64,000 bases of DNA from positions 64,001-128,000 of the IMG/VR virus record IMGVR_UViG_3300046665_000434; one strand, written 5' to 3'. Below are positions 45,229 to 55,048 of this stretch, in pieces; position 1 is the stretch's first letter, and every line of letters starts with the position of its first letter. Position numbers and translations under genes: made by a program. The notes under the pieces are model-generated. The model was not told where the DNA came from. It made no database searches and worked only from the letters and a program-made list of their open reading frames with translations. This stretch comes from a virus.

Positions 45229-46026
45229 TCAAGCCCGGTTATAGTGAATGTAAGCCGTTCCGTGGTACGTAGCCGATGACACAGCTTTCTGAACGACCAC
45301 GTTAGTGAAGGCCTGGTTGGCTTCAGGGACGTCCTTGGTCAGGTAGTCGAAGGTCGTGCCAGGCAACGGTCCCGGATAGTTAGGGAAGCCGTTTTCAGCC
45401 ATCATGCCTTGGATATATTCCCACTCAACCCAATAACCGTAACGGGTCAGGAAGTGAGCCTGATAGTCCGAGAAATCAATCCCCCAAGACAAAAGATCGA
45501 TACATTTCAGAGTCGCATCCGGAGTTTGTGGATGGACCAGCACTGGAAGTTCGGTAGTCGTCACTGCCGTAGCCAGCATAGGCCGCAGCCGAGTGAAGCG
45601 TACTACAAAGCTGCCGGTATAGCCGAGGCTGTTCTGATCGGCTTTGAGTTCGATGTTGAGCTGCTCATTACCGCCCAGCCAACTGACACTGGTGTTCACC
45701 ACGTCATTCGTCGTCAGATTGATGCCGACGGCTTTGTTGATGGCGGGCAAGAGACTCCAGACATCCAACTGACCGAGCGCTTTGACGACAGGGCGTACAC
45801 CGCCAAATGCTTTCGTCAAGTCGATCCGTTGGTATTGGAAGTTGGCAGAGCCTTCGTAGTTCTGGCTATTCCACATGGCCGTAGTTGGAAGGATGATTTT
45901 ACCGGTATCCCCTGGTCTCATCTTTCCGAAATACAGATCGGATGCCACCAGCGCAGCAGGTAGTGTATTCTGAAGATTGATGAGCCGTAGGATCTCATCG
46001 ATCGGTTTCCCATCGAAAAGCTGCAT
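45229..46026 (-). CDS. virion structural protein, paralog family
   Basis: YQRIDL..LLPAIN..SLGYTG..IHYN; ATG 46026 after AGGAG. Confidence 0.7.
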   Translation of the reverse strand: MQLFDGKPIDEILRLINLQNTLPAALVASDLYFGKMRPGDTGKIILPTTAMWNSQNYEGSANFQYQRIDLTKAFGGVRPVVKALGQLDVWSLLPAINKAVGINLTTNDVVNTSVSWLGGNEQLNIELKADQNSLGYTGSFVVRFTRLRPMLATAVTTTELPVLVHPQTPDATLKCIDLLSWGIDFSDYQAHFLTRYGYWVEWEYIQGMMAENGFPNYPGPLPGTTFDYLTKDVPEANQAFTNVVVQKAVSSATYHGTAYIHYNRA

Positions 46027-46120
46027 GGTTTTCTCCTGCGGTGACACGCGTTAACGCAATAAAGAATGAAGAGACAGGCCGAAACCCGTCTCTTCATCCG
46101 TTTGACCAGGATACCGGGTA

Positions 46121-46678
46121 TTACGGAGTAACAGGTTTGGCGCGAGGAACCACGGTCAGACCATCCAGAGTTTGGTTGGTGATCACGGTTGCCAGGTCGA
46201 TATCTTCGGCCTTCAGAATGAACGTCAGGCTGCCGCGATATGCCAGGGAATCAGCATCGGCCACCAGCTGTACAGCGTGTTCTTCGTTCAACTCACCGGT
46301 GAACGTCGGCAGAGGGCCGTCGACGATTTCGGAAGGGTCGATGTTGGTCAACAGCTGGGCGTTGATTTCCGGCAGCATGTCGGCGATGTTCACCGCGTTA
46401 CCGACAGTGAAGACCAGTTCCATGTCGGTGCCATCAGCCCACTTGGTGTGCTCGGCCAGATTTGGACGGTTGTACTGGACAGTCACCGCGCCAGTGTAGC
46501 CAGAACCTTCTTTGGCTGTGAAGGTAATGGTGGTGTTCTTCGGCGGATTAGTGCCGGTGGTTTCGATAGGTAGACCAATGTCGACCAGACCTTCGGTCAG
46601 GACTTTGCCATTGGTGATACCGGACGTGTTGACCAGATCGAGCAACAGCGCCTTCGAGGCTTTAGTGAAATCACTCAT
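46121..46678 (-). CDS. virion structural protein, paralog family
   Basis: YNRPNL..LPEIN..SLAYRG..LDGL. Confidence 0.7.
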   Translation of the reverse strand: MSDFTKASKALLLDLVNTSGITNGKVLTEGLVDIGLPIETTGTNPPKNTTITFTAKEGSGYTGAVTVQYNRPNLAEHTKWADGTDMELVFTVGNAVNIADMLPEINAQLLTNIDPSEIVDGPLPTFTGELNEEHAVQLVADADSLAYRGSLTFILKAEDIDLATVITNQTLDGLTVVPRAKPVTP

Positions 46679-46749
46679 GGTAGATAGACTCGCATGGTTA
46701 CAGTGAGGTGCCGCCAGAAGTGACGGTGTCTATTAGGTAGGCATAGGAT

Positions 46750-47292
46750 TTACGTCGGAGAAGGGGCTTCTCGTGGAACGTAAGTCAGGCCGTCCAGATC
46801 CAGGTTGGTAATGACAGTGCTCAGTTCGATCAGATCAGGTTTGATCGTCACGGTCAACGAACCGATGTAGCACAATGAACCCGGTTTCGCAGTGACGGTC
46901 ACATCGATCGGGGTATCGACATACGGAGGTACGTCACCGTCGGTGTAATCGTCGGAAGTCAGATTGACGCCGAGACGCTCGTTCAGAGTGACGACCACGT
47001 CGGCAATCTTCTTGTAGCTGTTCGGGTTGAGGCTGAGGGTGTTATCCGGAATCGCCAGATACACATCGGCAATATCAGTAGTCAGGTCGAGTCGGTCGTA
47101 ATTGACGTCGACAGTACCCTTGTACTTGGTCGAATCAGGCTTTGCAGTGACGGTCACCTTGGAGTTCTTGGCTCCGGTAGTTGTCGCCACGTTACTGTAG
47201 ACCAACTCGGTGTCTTCGATAGTTTTACCGTTGACGCGGTTGATCATGTCAGTAATGACGACGTGGGGGACCTTCGTTAGATCATCAGCCAT
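46750..47292 (-). CDS. virion structural protein, paralog family
   Basis: YDRLDL..LNERLG..SLCYIG..LDGL. Confidence 0.7.
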   Translation of the reverse strand: MADDLTKVPHVVITDMINRVNGKTIEDTELVYSNVATTTGAKNSKVTVTAKPDSTKYKGTVDVNYDRLDLTTDIADVYLAIPDNTLSLNPNSYKKIADVVVTLNERLGVNLTSDDYTDGDVPPYVDTPIDVTVTAKPGSLCYIGSLTVTIKPDLIELSTVITNLDLDGLTYVPREAPSPT

Positions 47293-47388
47293 GATGCAGC
47301 TCTCGTGTGGGTTTTAGTTAGGGGCGGTTATATCATCGTGAAGCGCATAGAGCCGTATGGAGAGGTACTCCTCTCCATACGTTAGGGC

Positions 47389-47925
47389 TTATGCTGGCGG
47401 GGAGTACGTCAGGCCAGACAGATTCGGAATAGTGATCAGTGTTGCCAGATCCACCAGACTCCTGGTAACCTTGAGTGTCAGCTGACCCAAGTACACTACC
47501 GAGTTCGGCCGCATCACCAAATCAACGCTTACGAAGTCTTCATCATCGCCACTCAATGCAGGCAATGTTTGTTCGATGATCTTGTCAGCGGTGATGTTGG
47601 TGTTCAGACGTTCATTCAACTCAGGCAACAGATCAGACAGGACCGTGTACTCGCCTTTATCGAACGTCAGGATAGACGGCGCATTAGGCGGTATGAAGTC
47701 TATCAACCGTACGCGGTTATAATAGAACGAGGTGCTGTCCCGAAAGCCTAAGCCTGGGATAGCAGTCGCCATGATCACCGTGTTGCGATTCACAGTCGGA
47801 AGCGGATTGAACGTGGTCGGCGTACCGAAGGTTACCTGCGCAGAACTTAGGGGTTTGTTGCCATTGTCGTTACGGATGAGGTCGATGAGAACATCCACCT
47901 CACTTCGTGTGTAATCGATATCCAT
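47389..47925 (-). CDS. virion structural protein, paralog family
   Basis: YNRVRL..LLPELN..SVVYLG; start MDIDY at 47925. Confidence 0.7.
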   Translation of the reverse strand: MDIDYTRSEVDVLIDLIRNDNGNKPLSSAQVTFGTPTTFNPLPTVNRNTVIMATAIPGLGFRDSTSFYYNRVRLIDFIPPNAPSILTFDKGEYTVLSDLLPELNERLNTNITADKIIEQTLPALSGDDEDFVSVDLVMRPNSVVYLGQLTLKVTRSLVDLATLITIPNLSGLTYSPPA

Positions 47926-47962
47926 ACACGCATACTCAGCTGAAGGGCATATAGGAAGAGGT

Positions 47963-48559
47963 CTACGCCGGGTCGAATGCGGAGAGGTTGGTGACAGGCG
48001 CGAGGTTCGCAAAATCTCTGGCTACCAACTCATCATAATTGCCGCCATCAGTCGGCTCGGTCGCCCCAGGCGCTGTAAGGCCATTCAGGACGTTGTTAGG
48101 GAATTGGGCTGCCAACGATAGCGAACCTTCCACAACGTTGATCTGAAGCGTCCCTATCCAGACGTAGGACTGATCGATAGGTGTGATCGTTGCAACACTT
48201 CCATCGAAGGTATAAGTCTTGACCTCTTCATAACCCAAGGGTAGGTTGTACTTAGTGCGCAGAGCGTACATGATGGAGGCGTAAGTAGGCTCGCCGTCGA
48301 GTTCGACAGTTACGTCATCGACACCGATTTCATGAAACGCTTCAGTGAGGTCATGGCGTTTGTAATAGTAGACTTGGGAGCCTTCTATCTGTGTGCCAAA
48401 CGCGGTGCCCATCACGGCGGTGTTCATGCCATCATCAAACACTCCAGGATATAACTCCGTAAACCTGAGGTTGGAAGCATCTAGAAAGACGCCGTATTCC
48501 TCAAGTATTGCGCTATTCGTTGTACGAATCATGTCGTACAGTAGTTCAACACCTGCCAT
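47963..48559 (-). CDS. virion structural protein, paralog family
   Basis: YKRHDL..SYVWIG..FPNNVLNGL. Confidence 0.7.
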   Translation of the reverse strand: MAGVELLYDMIRTTNSAILEEYGVFLDASNLRFTELYPGVFDDGMNTAVMGTAFGTQIEGSQVYYYKRHDLTEAFHEIGVDDVTVELDGEPTYASIMYALRTKYNLPLGYEEVKTYTFDGSVATITPIDQSYVWIGTLQINVVEGSLSLAAQFPNNVLNGLTAPGATEPTDGGNYDELVARDFANLAPVTNLSAFDPA

Positions 48560-48601
48560 ATCGACACCTGTTCTGTGGGCTGATCCCTACATTATTCGTT
48601 A

Positions 48602-48629
48602 TTCATTGAAAACATTTACAGTCATACAT
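48602..48629 (+). promoter_or_regulatory. putative early promoter
   Basis: 28-mer identical to 16926-16953; at divergence point. Confidence 0.65.
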
Positions 48630-48670
48630 AGTGAAGGTGAATCCACAACCAGCGACCGTAGGAGGTCATC

Positions 48671-49267
48671 ATGGATTATTCAGCAATCAACCACGTCATC
48701 TATCGGATCAAATTGCCGAAAGAGATGTTCGTTATCGGTGGCACATTCGCTGCCGGTCTGACGGAACCTAGCCTGGCAAAGGCGATGGGTGGTGGTGGCG
48801 AGCAGATTAAACTGTTCGTCTCGTCGAGCAACTTCGAAGTGTTGAAAAACTACACTCCGGATGTTCCTCGAGCTGTTCTGACCGTGGAGGACGATCAGAT
48901 CAGTTTGCGCGATGGACACATGCACATTGTGTTCCATCGGGGACTTCCTCAATCCTGGGTTAACGAGAGTGGTTACCAGGTCCAACATCCAGTGCCTCTC
49001 AAGCACTGGCTCGACACCAACGGCTATGAAAGCTGGGCGGTGTTGATGCAAGACACTCCATTCGAAAAACGGATGGAGGGTTGGGTGTTGACGGAGGAGG
49101 AGGCTGTATTCAAGGAAGAATGCTCCCGCCATGACTGGTATTCCGATTACTCCGACGACTTCAGTGTCGTCAAGAACGGAAAGGTAGGACTTAATGTTCT
49201 ACTGGCCCGTCGGGATGTAATCGGCGGTAAGGCGCGCGAGATCTTCGCGCACTACTCCAACCGGTAA
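48671..49267 (+). CDS. hypothetical protein
   Basis: SD hairpin; C-terminal HDWYSDYSDD motif. Confidence 0.75.
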   Translation: MDYSAINHVIYRIKLPKEMFVIGGTFAAGLTEPSLAKAMGGGGEQIKLFVSSSNFEVLKNYTPDVPRAVLTVEDDQISLRDGHMHIVFHRGLPQSWVNESGYQVQHPVPLKHWLDTNGYESWAVLMQDTPFEKRMEGWVLTEEEAVFKEECSRHDWYSDYSDDFSVVKNGKVGLNVLLARRDVIGGKAREIFAHYSNR

Positions 49268-49331
49268 GGTGGGGAAGGAGGGAGTGAAAGCTCCCTCTTA
49301 TTTTCTAACAGAATCCGAGGACGATAGATCA

Positions 49332-49826
49332 ATGAATATTGATAGTAAATCAAATATTAAGTTCAGCCGTAATTTACAATTTGTAGGCATCGATCATCCG
49401 TGCGTCTACTCTCGACTCCATACTCCGCCGGCGAACAACATTCCGGTGACTCTGGAAATTACCGACGACAGGGATGATCAGATATCTGTGAAGGGTGAAC
49501 TCTGGGTTTCTTTGGATTTCATCGGGGACGATGTGTTAGATTCGGTTGCAGTTAGGCAACGTATCTACATGTCAGTGCAAAATTTCTTCGGCGCGAGTAA
49601 ATTTCTCGGCCGGGTAAAAATACGGTACGCTGATCAGCATCAATCTTCCAGTCAGCCTGACGACGCAGATGATGAGTTCTGGGACCACCGCAGCACCTAC
49701 GAGTCCATCGCTCTACTGGCGGCGCAGCTGGCTAAGGTCGATCCTAAAGACTTCCTTAAAACGGAAGACTCGAAGATCTTAAATAAAGCGCTCGGCGAAC
49801 TCTGTTTCCACGCCGCGTTGTCTTAA
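49332..49826 (+). CDS. hypothetical protein
   Basis: ATG 49332 after GAGGA. Confidence 0.65.
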   Translation: MNIDSKSNIKFSRNLQFVGIDHPCVYSRLHTPPANNIPVTLEITDDRDDQISVKGELWVSLDFIGDDVLDSVAVRQRIYMSVQNFFGASKFLGRVKIRYADQHQSSSQPDDADDEFWDHRSTYESIALLAAQLAKVDPKDFLKTEDSKILNKALGELCFHAALS

Positions 49827-49852
49827 CTCAATAAACGACCGAGGAGGTCACC

Positions 49853-50227
49853 ATGCAACTCAATAATGACAGCGTCATTCAAATCGCTGATAAGCTTTGG
49901 TTCGTTATGGGACCAGACGATAAATGTCGAGAATTCACCAAATCGCTTAGCGGCGCTGAGTCGATCTACTGCGTGTCCGGTTACTTCGGCGGTTTGTCGT
50001 TAGATGTACCGCTTGGCCTGTATCGAGCTATTGGTAATTTCGTGATCGCGGATGTTGTCGACGAAGTTGACGCATCGATCCACTTCGCCAACCTCAAGCT
50101 GATCAAAAGCATGTTGGGAAATAAGTTGATTGAAAATACAACTACCCGAATGACCGTTGATTATCTTTTCGTCAGTCGTGACTGTCCTGTTTTAGAGCGG
50201 GGCGAGCCTGGTTTCTATTGTTCTTAA
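49853..50227 (+). CDS. hypothetical protein
   Basis: SD hairpin. Confidence 0.7.
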   Translation: MQLNNDSVIQIADKLWFVMGPDDKCREFTKSLSGAESIYCVSGYFGGLSLDVPLGLYRAIGNFVIADVVDEVDASIHFANLKLIKSMLGNKLIENTTTRMTVDYLFVSRDCPVLERGEPGFYCS

Positions 50228-50244
50228 CGTCCGAGGAGGACATG

Positions 50245-51072
50245 ATGAAAAAGTCACAACGCAACAAACCCAATGCTTCTCAAGGTACACCATGTCTCGT
50301 CATCTTTGACGAGTTTGCTAAACTACAGGCGAAGATTGCTGCCTTCCAACCGAAATACATTGTGGCGTATGAACTGCTGAGCTTCTTGCCGCACAGCTTG
50401 ATCGAGCGTATCCACAACGAATGTAAGGGAAATGATCTCGCTCACCAGCCTGATCATGTCTTCGGTGTTGTCCGTCAGGTGGATCGGATTCTCACTACCT
50501 TTCCACAATACGAGCATTATCGCAAGGTGTTGCTCGGCGCGGCGCTGCTCCACGATGTCAAGTGTCACGTCAACCGTGATATCCATCACGTCCTGGCTGC
50601 GCAGTCTGTCGATGCGTACTACGGCAACATCGGCGTCTACGATATCCATGAGCTGGAGTTGATCAAACTCTGCATCCTGGAACATCGTGCGTCGTTTAAA
50701 GGCGTACGTACTGGCCCGATTACTGAGATCATGGCTGCTGCTGATCGAGGTATTCCTGACGTGATGCGCTTCTTGCAGCGCGCTGTGTTGTTTCGCATCA
50801 GTAACGAGGGGATCACTCCCGATAACGTTACCGATGTAATCATTGAGCGACAGGTCAATAGTGCTGTCGAGCACTTGATCGATAAGTACGGTTCAAACGG
50901 GTACGCTTGGAAAAATGAATCCAAGTTCACGACCTGGGTAATGCGTGATCACATCGCCTCGTTTATCGAGACGCTTACGGACTTTACGCCTGAGGTTATC
51001 GCTAGCGGTATTCAGCGGTATCCCGGTTGGCTTAAAGAAGCCTATAAACCCACACACGAGACTCCATCATGA
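50245..51072 (+). CDS. HD-domain phosphohydrolase
   Basis: AHQPDH..ALLHDV..HH..EH..AAAD; SD hairpin. Confidence 0.8.
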   Translation: MKKSQRNKPNASQGTPCLVIFDEFAKLQAKIAAFQPKYIVAYELLSFLPHSLIERIHNECKGNDLAHQPDHVFGVVRQVDRILTTFPQYEHYRKVLLGAALLHDVKCHVNRDIHHVLAAQSVDAYYGNIGVYDIHELELIKLCILEHRASFKGVRTGPITEIMAAADRGIPDVMRFLQRAVLFRISNEGITPDNVTDVIIERQVNSAVEHLIDKYGSNGYAWKNESKFTTWVMRDHIASFIETLTDFTPEVIASGIQRYPGWLKEAYKPTHETPS

Positions 51073-51422
51073 GTAGCGTCAAAATTGTAGTAATGGGTAA
51101 TCCACTTATCCTGACTCTATCTACCGTGACTCCTGTTGGCCAGCACCGGATTGGTTCGGTGCGGGTGGAGTTTGATCATGGCGAACCAATCCATGTCCGT
51201 GTCTACGGACATGTGCGTATCTTTGAGAACGCCAAACTCCGTGCTCGCTTTGAGACGGACCTGCGCAAGTACTGCGAGAACCCGGCAGTGCTCGAACAGA
51301 TCATCCCGTACAACGGTAGCCTCGCAAAGGCTCGTCGATTCAATCCATCCAAAACCCAAGTAAATGAACGTGACTGGTATAAAGGCACAAAGAAGGGCCT
51401 CGCAGCCGTCATCGTTAGCTGA
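51069..51422 (+). CDS. hypothetical protein
   Basis: ATGA coupling. Confidence 0.6.
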   Translation: MSSVKIVVMGNPLILTLSTVTPVGQHRIGSVRVEFDHGEPIHVRVYGHVRIFENAKLRARFETDLRKYCENPAVLEQIIPYNGSLAKARRFNPSKTQVNERDWYKGTKKGLAAVIVS

Positions 51423-51453
51423 GCATAACACCCGAAAGACCGAGGAGGTCACT

Positions 51454-51912
51454 GTGTCGTATCGAATCTCTCCAGCAACAGCAGAACTTTTGCTTTCAAT
51501 TAGTCAGAAAGGTATTCGTCTGACTAACAGCGCTGACATTCAGTTAGCTGGGAACGCAGAGGTGATCCTTAAATCAGGTAAAGAGTTTATCGTCGGTGTC
51601 GATAGCGGCACTCTTTACCTGATCGATATTGTTGACGATCAGCCGTTCTTCATCTCTGACGCGACTCACTGGGGTGAATTGCAGGGCGTCTGGTCGCATT
51701 ACTTTAATTTAGTCGCTATGACTAATTCGTCCGATCCGTTAGGACCTATCTGGTTCGAGTACGATGATCCTGAGATCTGCCGATTTGACGGACTATCTCA
51801 CGCCGAAGCCATACGTCAAGATCAATTGGTGATGTCGGCACACAAACAAATCGAACCGCTGCCTAAACAGGTTCACCGTCAAGCTGACAAACTGTCTATC
51901 CAGCATCACTAA
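51454..51912 (+). CDS. hypothetical protein
   Basis: GTG after SD hairpin. Confidence 0.7.
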   Translation: MSYRISPATAELLLSISQKGIRLTNSADIQLAGNAEVILKSGKEFIVGVDSGTLYLIDIVDDQPFFISDATHWGELQGVWSHYFNLVAMTNSSDPLGPIWFEYDDPEICRFDGLSHAEAIRQDQLVMSAHKQIEPLPKQVHRQADKLSIQHH

Positions 51913-51943
51913 TCGGTATACCCACATCGACCGAGGAGGTCAC

Positions 51944-52447
51944 ATGAACATCATCAAACTCAATGCCCGTCGTGTAGTAGTCAGCGAAGCTGGCGTCACC
52001 AAAGTGATCAACCTGCCGTGTGGCGTCAGCTATTCCGAAGATCACCAGCGCTTTTACGCCTGGGTAATCGATCCTCAAACTGACAGCTGGAAGGGCAAGA
52101 GCTGGGGTGCCAAGAAGCATGGTGCTATCGAAGCCTTTGAGAACGCCGTAGAGGCTCGTGAAGAGTCGTTGTCGTATCTCTTGACCCGTCGTCTGCTTCC
52201 GCGCATTCGTCGTCCCTACGAGATCCGTGAGATCAGCGGGCTGTTTTACGTCAGAGATCCGTTGGCGAAGAAGTATCGGATGTTCTCAACGCTTGCACAA
52301 GCTGCGAAGTTCAACATCGATATCACTAAAGAGTGGATCGGTGAATACACGTTTGACAAGTTGACCATGATTCAGATCGAACGTAGCGGCTATGGCGTAA
52401 AAGCCGTCCTCGCTAAATACGACCATCGGCATGAGACTCGTCACTGA
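51944..52447 (+). CDS. AP2-like DNA-binding domain protein
   Basis: GVSY..QRFYAW..KSWGAKKHG..EAFENAVEARE. Confidence 0.6.
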   Translation: MNIIKLNARRVVVSEAGVTKVINLPCGVSYSEDHQRFYAWVIDPQTDSWKGKSWGAKKHGAIEAFENAVEAREESLSYLLTRRLLPRIRRPYEIREISGLFYVRDPLAKKYRMFSTLAQAAKFNIDITKEWIGEYTFDKLTMIQIERSGYGVKAVLAKYDHRHETRH

Positions 52448-52644
52448 TGACTCACTTCAGCACGAACCAAGGTAATCACGGCTCAGCTGATGCACATCGT
52501 GAGCTCGACAATATCCAAGACCGTAAACGGAGAGAGCGCTTTGAACAGAAAGCAGTCATCGTCCTCAGTGTTGTCATCGGTGTCTTCAGTCTCCTCGGAG
52601 CTGTTCTCATCATCCAAGGCCTTCCTATCCTCTTCGAGGGGTAG
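52447..52644 (+). CDS. small membrane protein
   Basis: C-terminal TM; coupled. Confidence 0.6.
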   Translation: MTHFSTNQGNHGSADAHRELDNIQDRKRRERFEQKAVIVLSVVIGVFSLLGAVLIIQGLPILFEG

Positions 52645-52654
52645 ACGTCGGGAG

Positions 52655-52828
52655 GTGTTACCCATCCTGGCTTTGGCTGCGGTGTTTGTGGTAGCGTTGG
52701 ACTTCTGTCTGATGCGAGACATCTCTGCGGCTAATACGCCTCCCTGCTTCGATTACAAGGGCCAAGCTGAAGCAGGGGTGATTGTAAACACCGAGGCTCT
52801 TCGAAACGTAGACCTGTGCGGGAAATGA
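52655..52828 (+). CDS. possible small secreted/membrane protein
   Basis: hydrophobic N-terminus; start uncertain. Confidence 0.35.
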   Translation: MLPILALAAVFVVALDFCLMRDISAANTPPCFDYKGQAEAGVIVNTEALRNVDLCGK

Positions 52829-52895
52829 GTCATGCCAAAAGTAATTGAACCGGGTAAGCGCTAGTTAATTACATCACCGACCGTAGGAGGTCACT

Positions 52896-53276
52896 ATGAG
52901 TAGTAATGAAATCGTTATAGGTCGAGGTGGCATCACCCGACGTCAAAATGCCGTAATGGCGTATGAACTGTTCCTTACTGCGAAGCATCTGGAAGTAATG
53001 GAAGCTTTGCGGCCTCACTACAACGATAACTACGTCGACACCTTGATCTGTTCTGAGATCCTGTTGGAGTGGTTCGAGATCGTATCGTCGAATACGGCTG
53101 GATCTTTCGACGAGCTGTGGTGGGCATTTTACTACACTCGCATTGCGATGACCGATCCGAAGCTCGGCAACCTTTTAAGTGTTAGGGCGAGCGACTACTG
53201 TAATTTTACGGCTAAGGCTAGTGAGATCATGCGTTTCATCGCAAACCTTGACAACCGTATCTCTCAATACTGCTAA
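52896..53276 (+). CDS. hypothetical protein
   Basis: SD hairpin. Confidence 0.7.
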   Translation: MSSNEIVIGRGGITRRQNAVMAYELFLTAKHLEVMEALRPHYNDNYVDTLICSEILLEWFEIVSSNTAGSFDELWWAFYYTRIAMTDPKLGNLLSVRASDYCNFTAKASEIMRFIANLDNRISQYC

Positions 53277-53297
53277 CCAACGACCGAGGAGGTCACT

Positions 53298-54275
53298 ATG
53301 AACCGTCATGCCAGTAAGTTTGATCATGTACCGTATCCCGAAGTCAGTCCGTTTACTAAGGAACATGTCGTCGCAGGATTCCTTCCTGGAACTCGTCCAG
53401 TCGTTTTGGAAAGCCAACTCGCCGGCGGTGTTCTGAAGATCACCTACACTGGGCTGTTCGATCTTTACCGTAAACACATCGCTTCGACCATCATGCGCCA
53501 CCGCGGCACAAGTATCACGCCAAGTGATAAACTGGTAGATTCGATGCGACTTCTGAAACCAGCCATGGAGCCGGTGCTGATCTACATGTTGCAATGCTGG
53601 TCGCCAATTGTTAAAGGTAGTTTCGAACCATTGGGACGCTTCGCCTACGAAATCATTGATGAGCCTTACGACGTGAAGGCGAACATTGAAAAGGCAGTGG
53701 GGTATGCTGAGGAGCTGTATGCGCTGGCTCAGGCCATGGAAGATCCAACGATCATGGAACAAGCTGCGCTGAGCGGGGTGACGTTTGATGAGTTCCGTGC
53801 TTCGGTGACAGCGGCAGCCAAGAAAGCTCATGGCTACAAATGGAAAGAAGGGGTTCCGATTACGCAGGGGCAGAGCGATAACGATACCCCAACGACTCCG
53901 TTCAAGTCTAAGCTCGCCGGACTGGGAGAACTGAATCCTGGCCTCGACGACTCCCTCACACGCCTGATGTCAAAAGAACAGAAGATCGGCATTAGTCTTA
54001 CTAACCTGCGCACGGTCTACGAGTGTCTTGATGACCTCTCGGGCGTTGACGATGCGTCCGGTATCAACATCACCTATCCGATTGCAGGCGGCGAGTCTGT
54101 TACCAAGTGGGTGCCGTTCGACACGCTGGCAGATGTGTTTGCCGAACCTCTGGGAATGCGGTCCATCAAGATGATCCTGAGTATCAATCCTGAACTTCGG
54201 AACATGGCCATCGTTTCCGTAGCGTCTCGGATCACCACCATGTTTGCCGAGGCTGTAAAGAGAGGCGAGATGTAA
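53298..54275 (+). CDS. hypothetical protein
   Basis: SD hairpin, 325 aa. Confidence 0.75.
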   Translation: MNRHASKFDHVPYPEVSPFTKEHVVAGFLPGTRPVVLESQLAGGVLKITYTGLFDLYRKHIASTIMRHRGTSITPSDKLVDSMRLLKPAMEPVLIYMLQCWSPIVKGSFEPLGRFAYEIIDEPYDVKANIEKAVGYAEELYALAQAMEDPTIMEQAALSGVTFDEFRASVTAAAKKAHGYKWKEGVPITQGQSDNDTPTTPFKSKLAGLGELNPGLDDSLTRLMSKEQKIGISLTNLRTVYECLDDLSGVDDASGINITYPIAGGESVTKWVPFDTLADVFAEPLGMRSIKMILSINPELRNMAIVSVASRITTMFAEAVKRGEM

Positions 54276-54308
54276 TCTCGCTAACCCCACACCCACTAGG
54301 AAACTGAA

Positions 54309-54635
54309 ATGAAGAGTTACGATCTGAACGAAATCGAAGAAGCCATCAAGCTCAACTCTGCCCGGACTGTTCCACCAGTAACGCGTATTGTTGATGATGC
54401 GCCCCGCCCGGTGCGCTGGTACACTCGTGAAGAACCTCGCGGTACTGTCAGCCGTCCTTCTAAGGAACGGGTGAACGAGATCGTCATCGAGCGTCATCTG
54501 ATCGAACTGGTCGATTACAGCAATGCCGGTGGTGACCATGTCTGCTTCGGCATCAAGGAGGGTACTGCATATCGCAAGATCCACCTCGATACTGAAACTG
54601 GTGACCTGCACGTTGGTCTTGATCTGATCTTCTGA
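54309..54635 (+). CDS. hypothetical protein
   Basis: AGGA SD. Confidence 0.7.
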   Translation: MKSYDLNEIEEAIKLNSARTVPPVTRIVDDAPRPVRWYTREEPRGTVSRPSKERVNEIVIERHLIELVDYSNAGGDHVCFGIKEGTAYRKIHLDTETGDLHVGLDLIF

Positions 54636-54646
54636 TCAGTGCGGCA

Positions 54647-54690
54647 TACAGCTGGGGCGTGAGCCCCAGCTGTAGCTTCTTCTTTTTTTT
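54647..54690. terminator. terminator between convergent units
   Basis: TACAGCTGGGGC-GTGA-GCCCCAGCTGTA and T run. Confidence 0.8.
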
Positions 54691-54693
54691 GTC

Positions 54694-55038
54694 TTAGCCA
54701 CGAACAATTTGAAGTGTCGTCGAGAAGTTCTCATGCGATAAGTGGGTGAAGATGCCGTTCTCCAGCCCTGCTGCGAAATCTTCGCCTGACCGGTAGTGGA
54801 GTCTTCCACACTGGAATCGCATCAACCACCCGCCTACTTCAACATCGTAGATATCATGCCAGACTCCGGCTACATACACACACCGCCCATCACTTAACAC
54901 AAGGATCAGCGGCACTTTACCCTGCTTGTCAAATATGCGGTAGTGGTTAGTCGACCACGAACACTCGAAGATCGTAGTTACCGTAGGGGCGTACTGTTTG
55001 ATCTCTACGATCTCAAAAGCCTTTATCACTTCACGCAT
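54694..55038 (-). CDS. hypothetical protein
   Basis: GAGGT SD downstream of helicase. Confidence 0.65.
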   Translation of the reverse strand: MREVIKAFEIVEIKQYAPTVTTIFECSWSTNHYRIFDKQGKVPLILVLSDGRCVYVAGVWHDIYDVEVGGWLMRFQCGRLHYRSGEDFAAGLENGIFTHLSHENFSTTLQIVRG

Positions 55039-55048
55039 GAGTTACCTC

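Noticed and set aside
19959-53294. Repeated GACCGAGGAGGTC as CRISPR repeat or mobile-element end
   Set aside because: Dispersed, always at start codons, no regular spacers; explained as an RBS hairpin. No CRISPR array was seen in the window.
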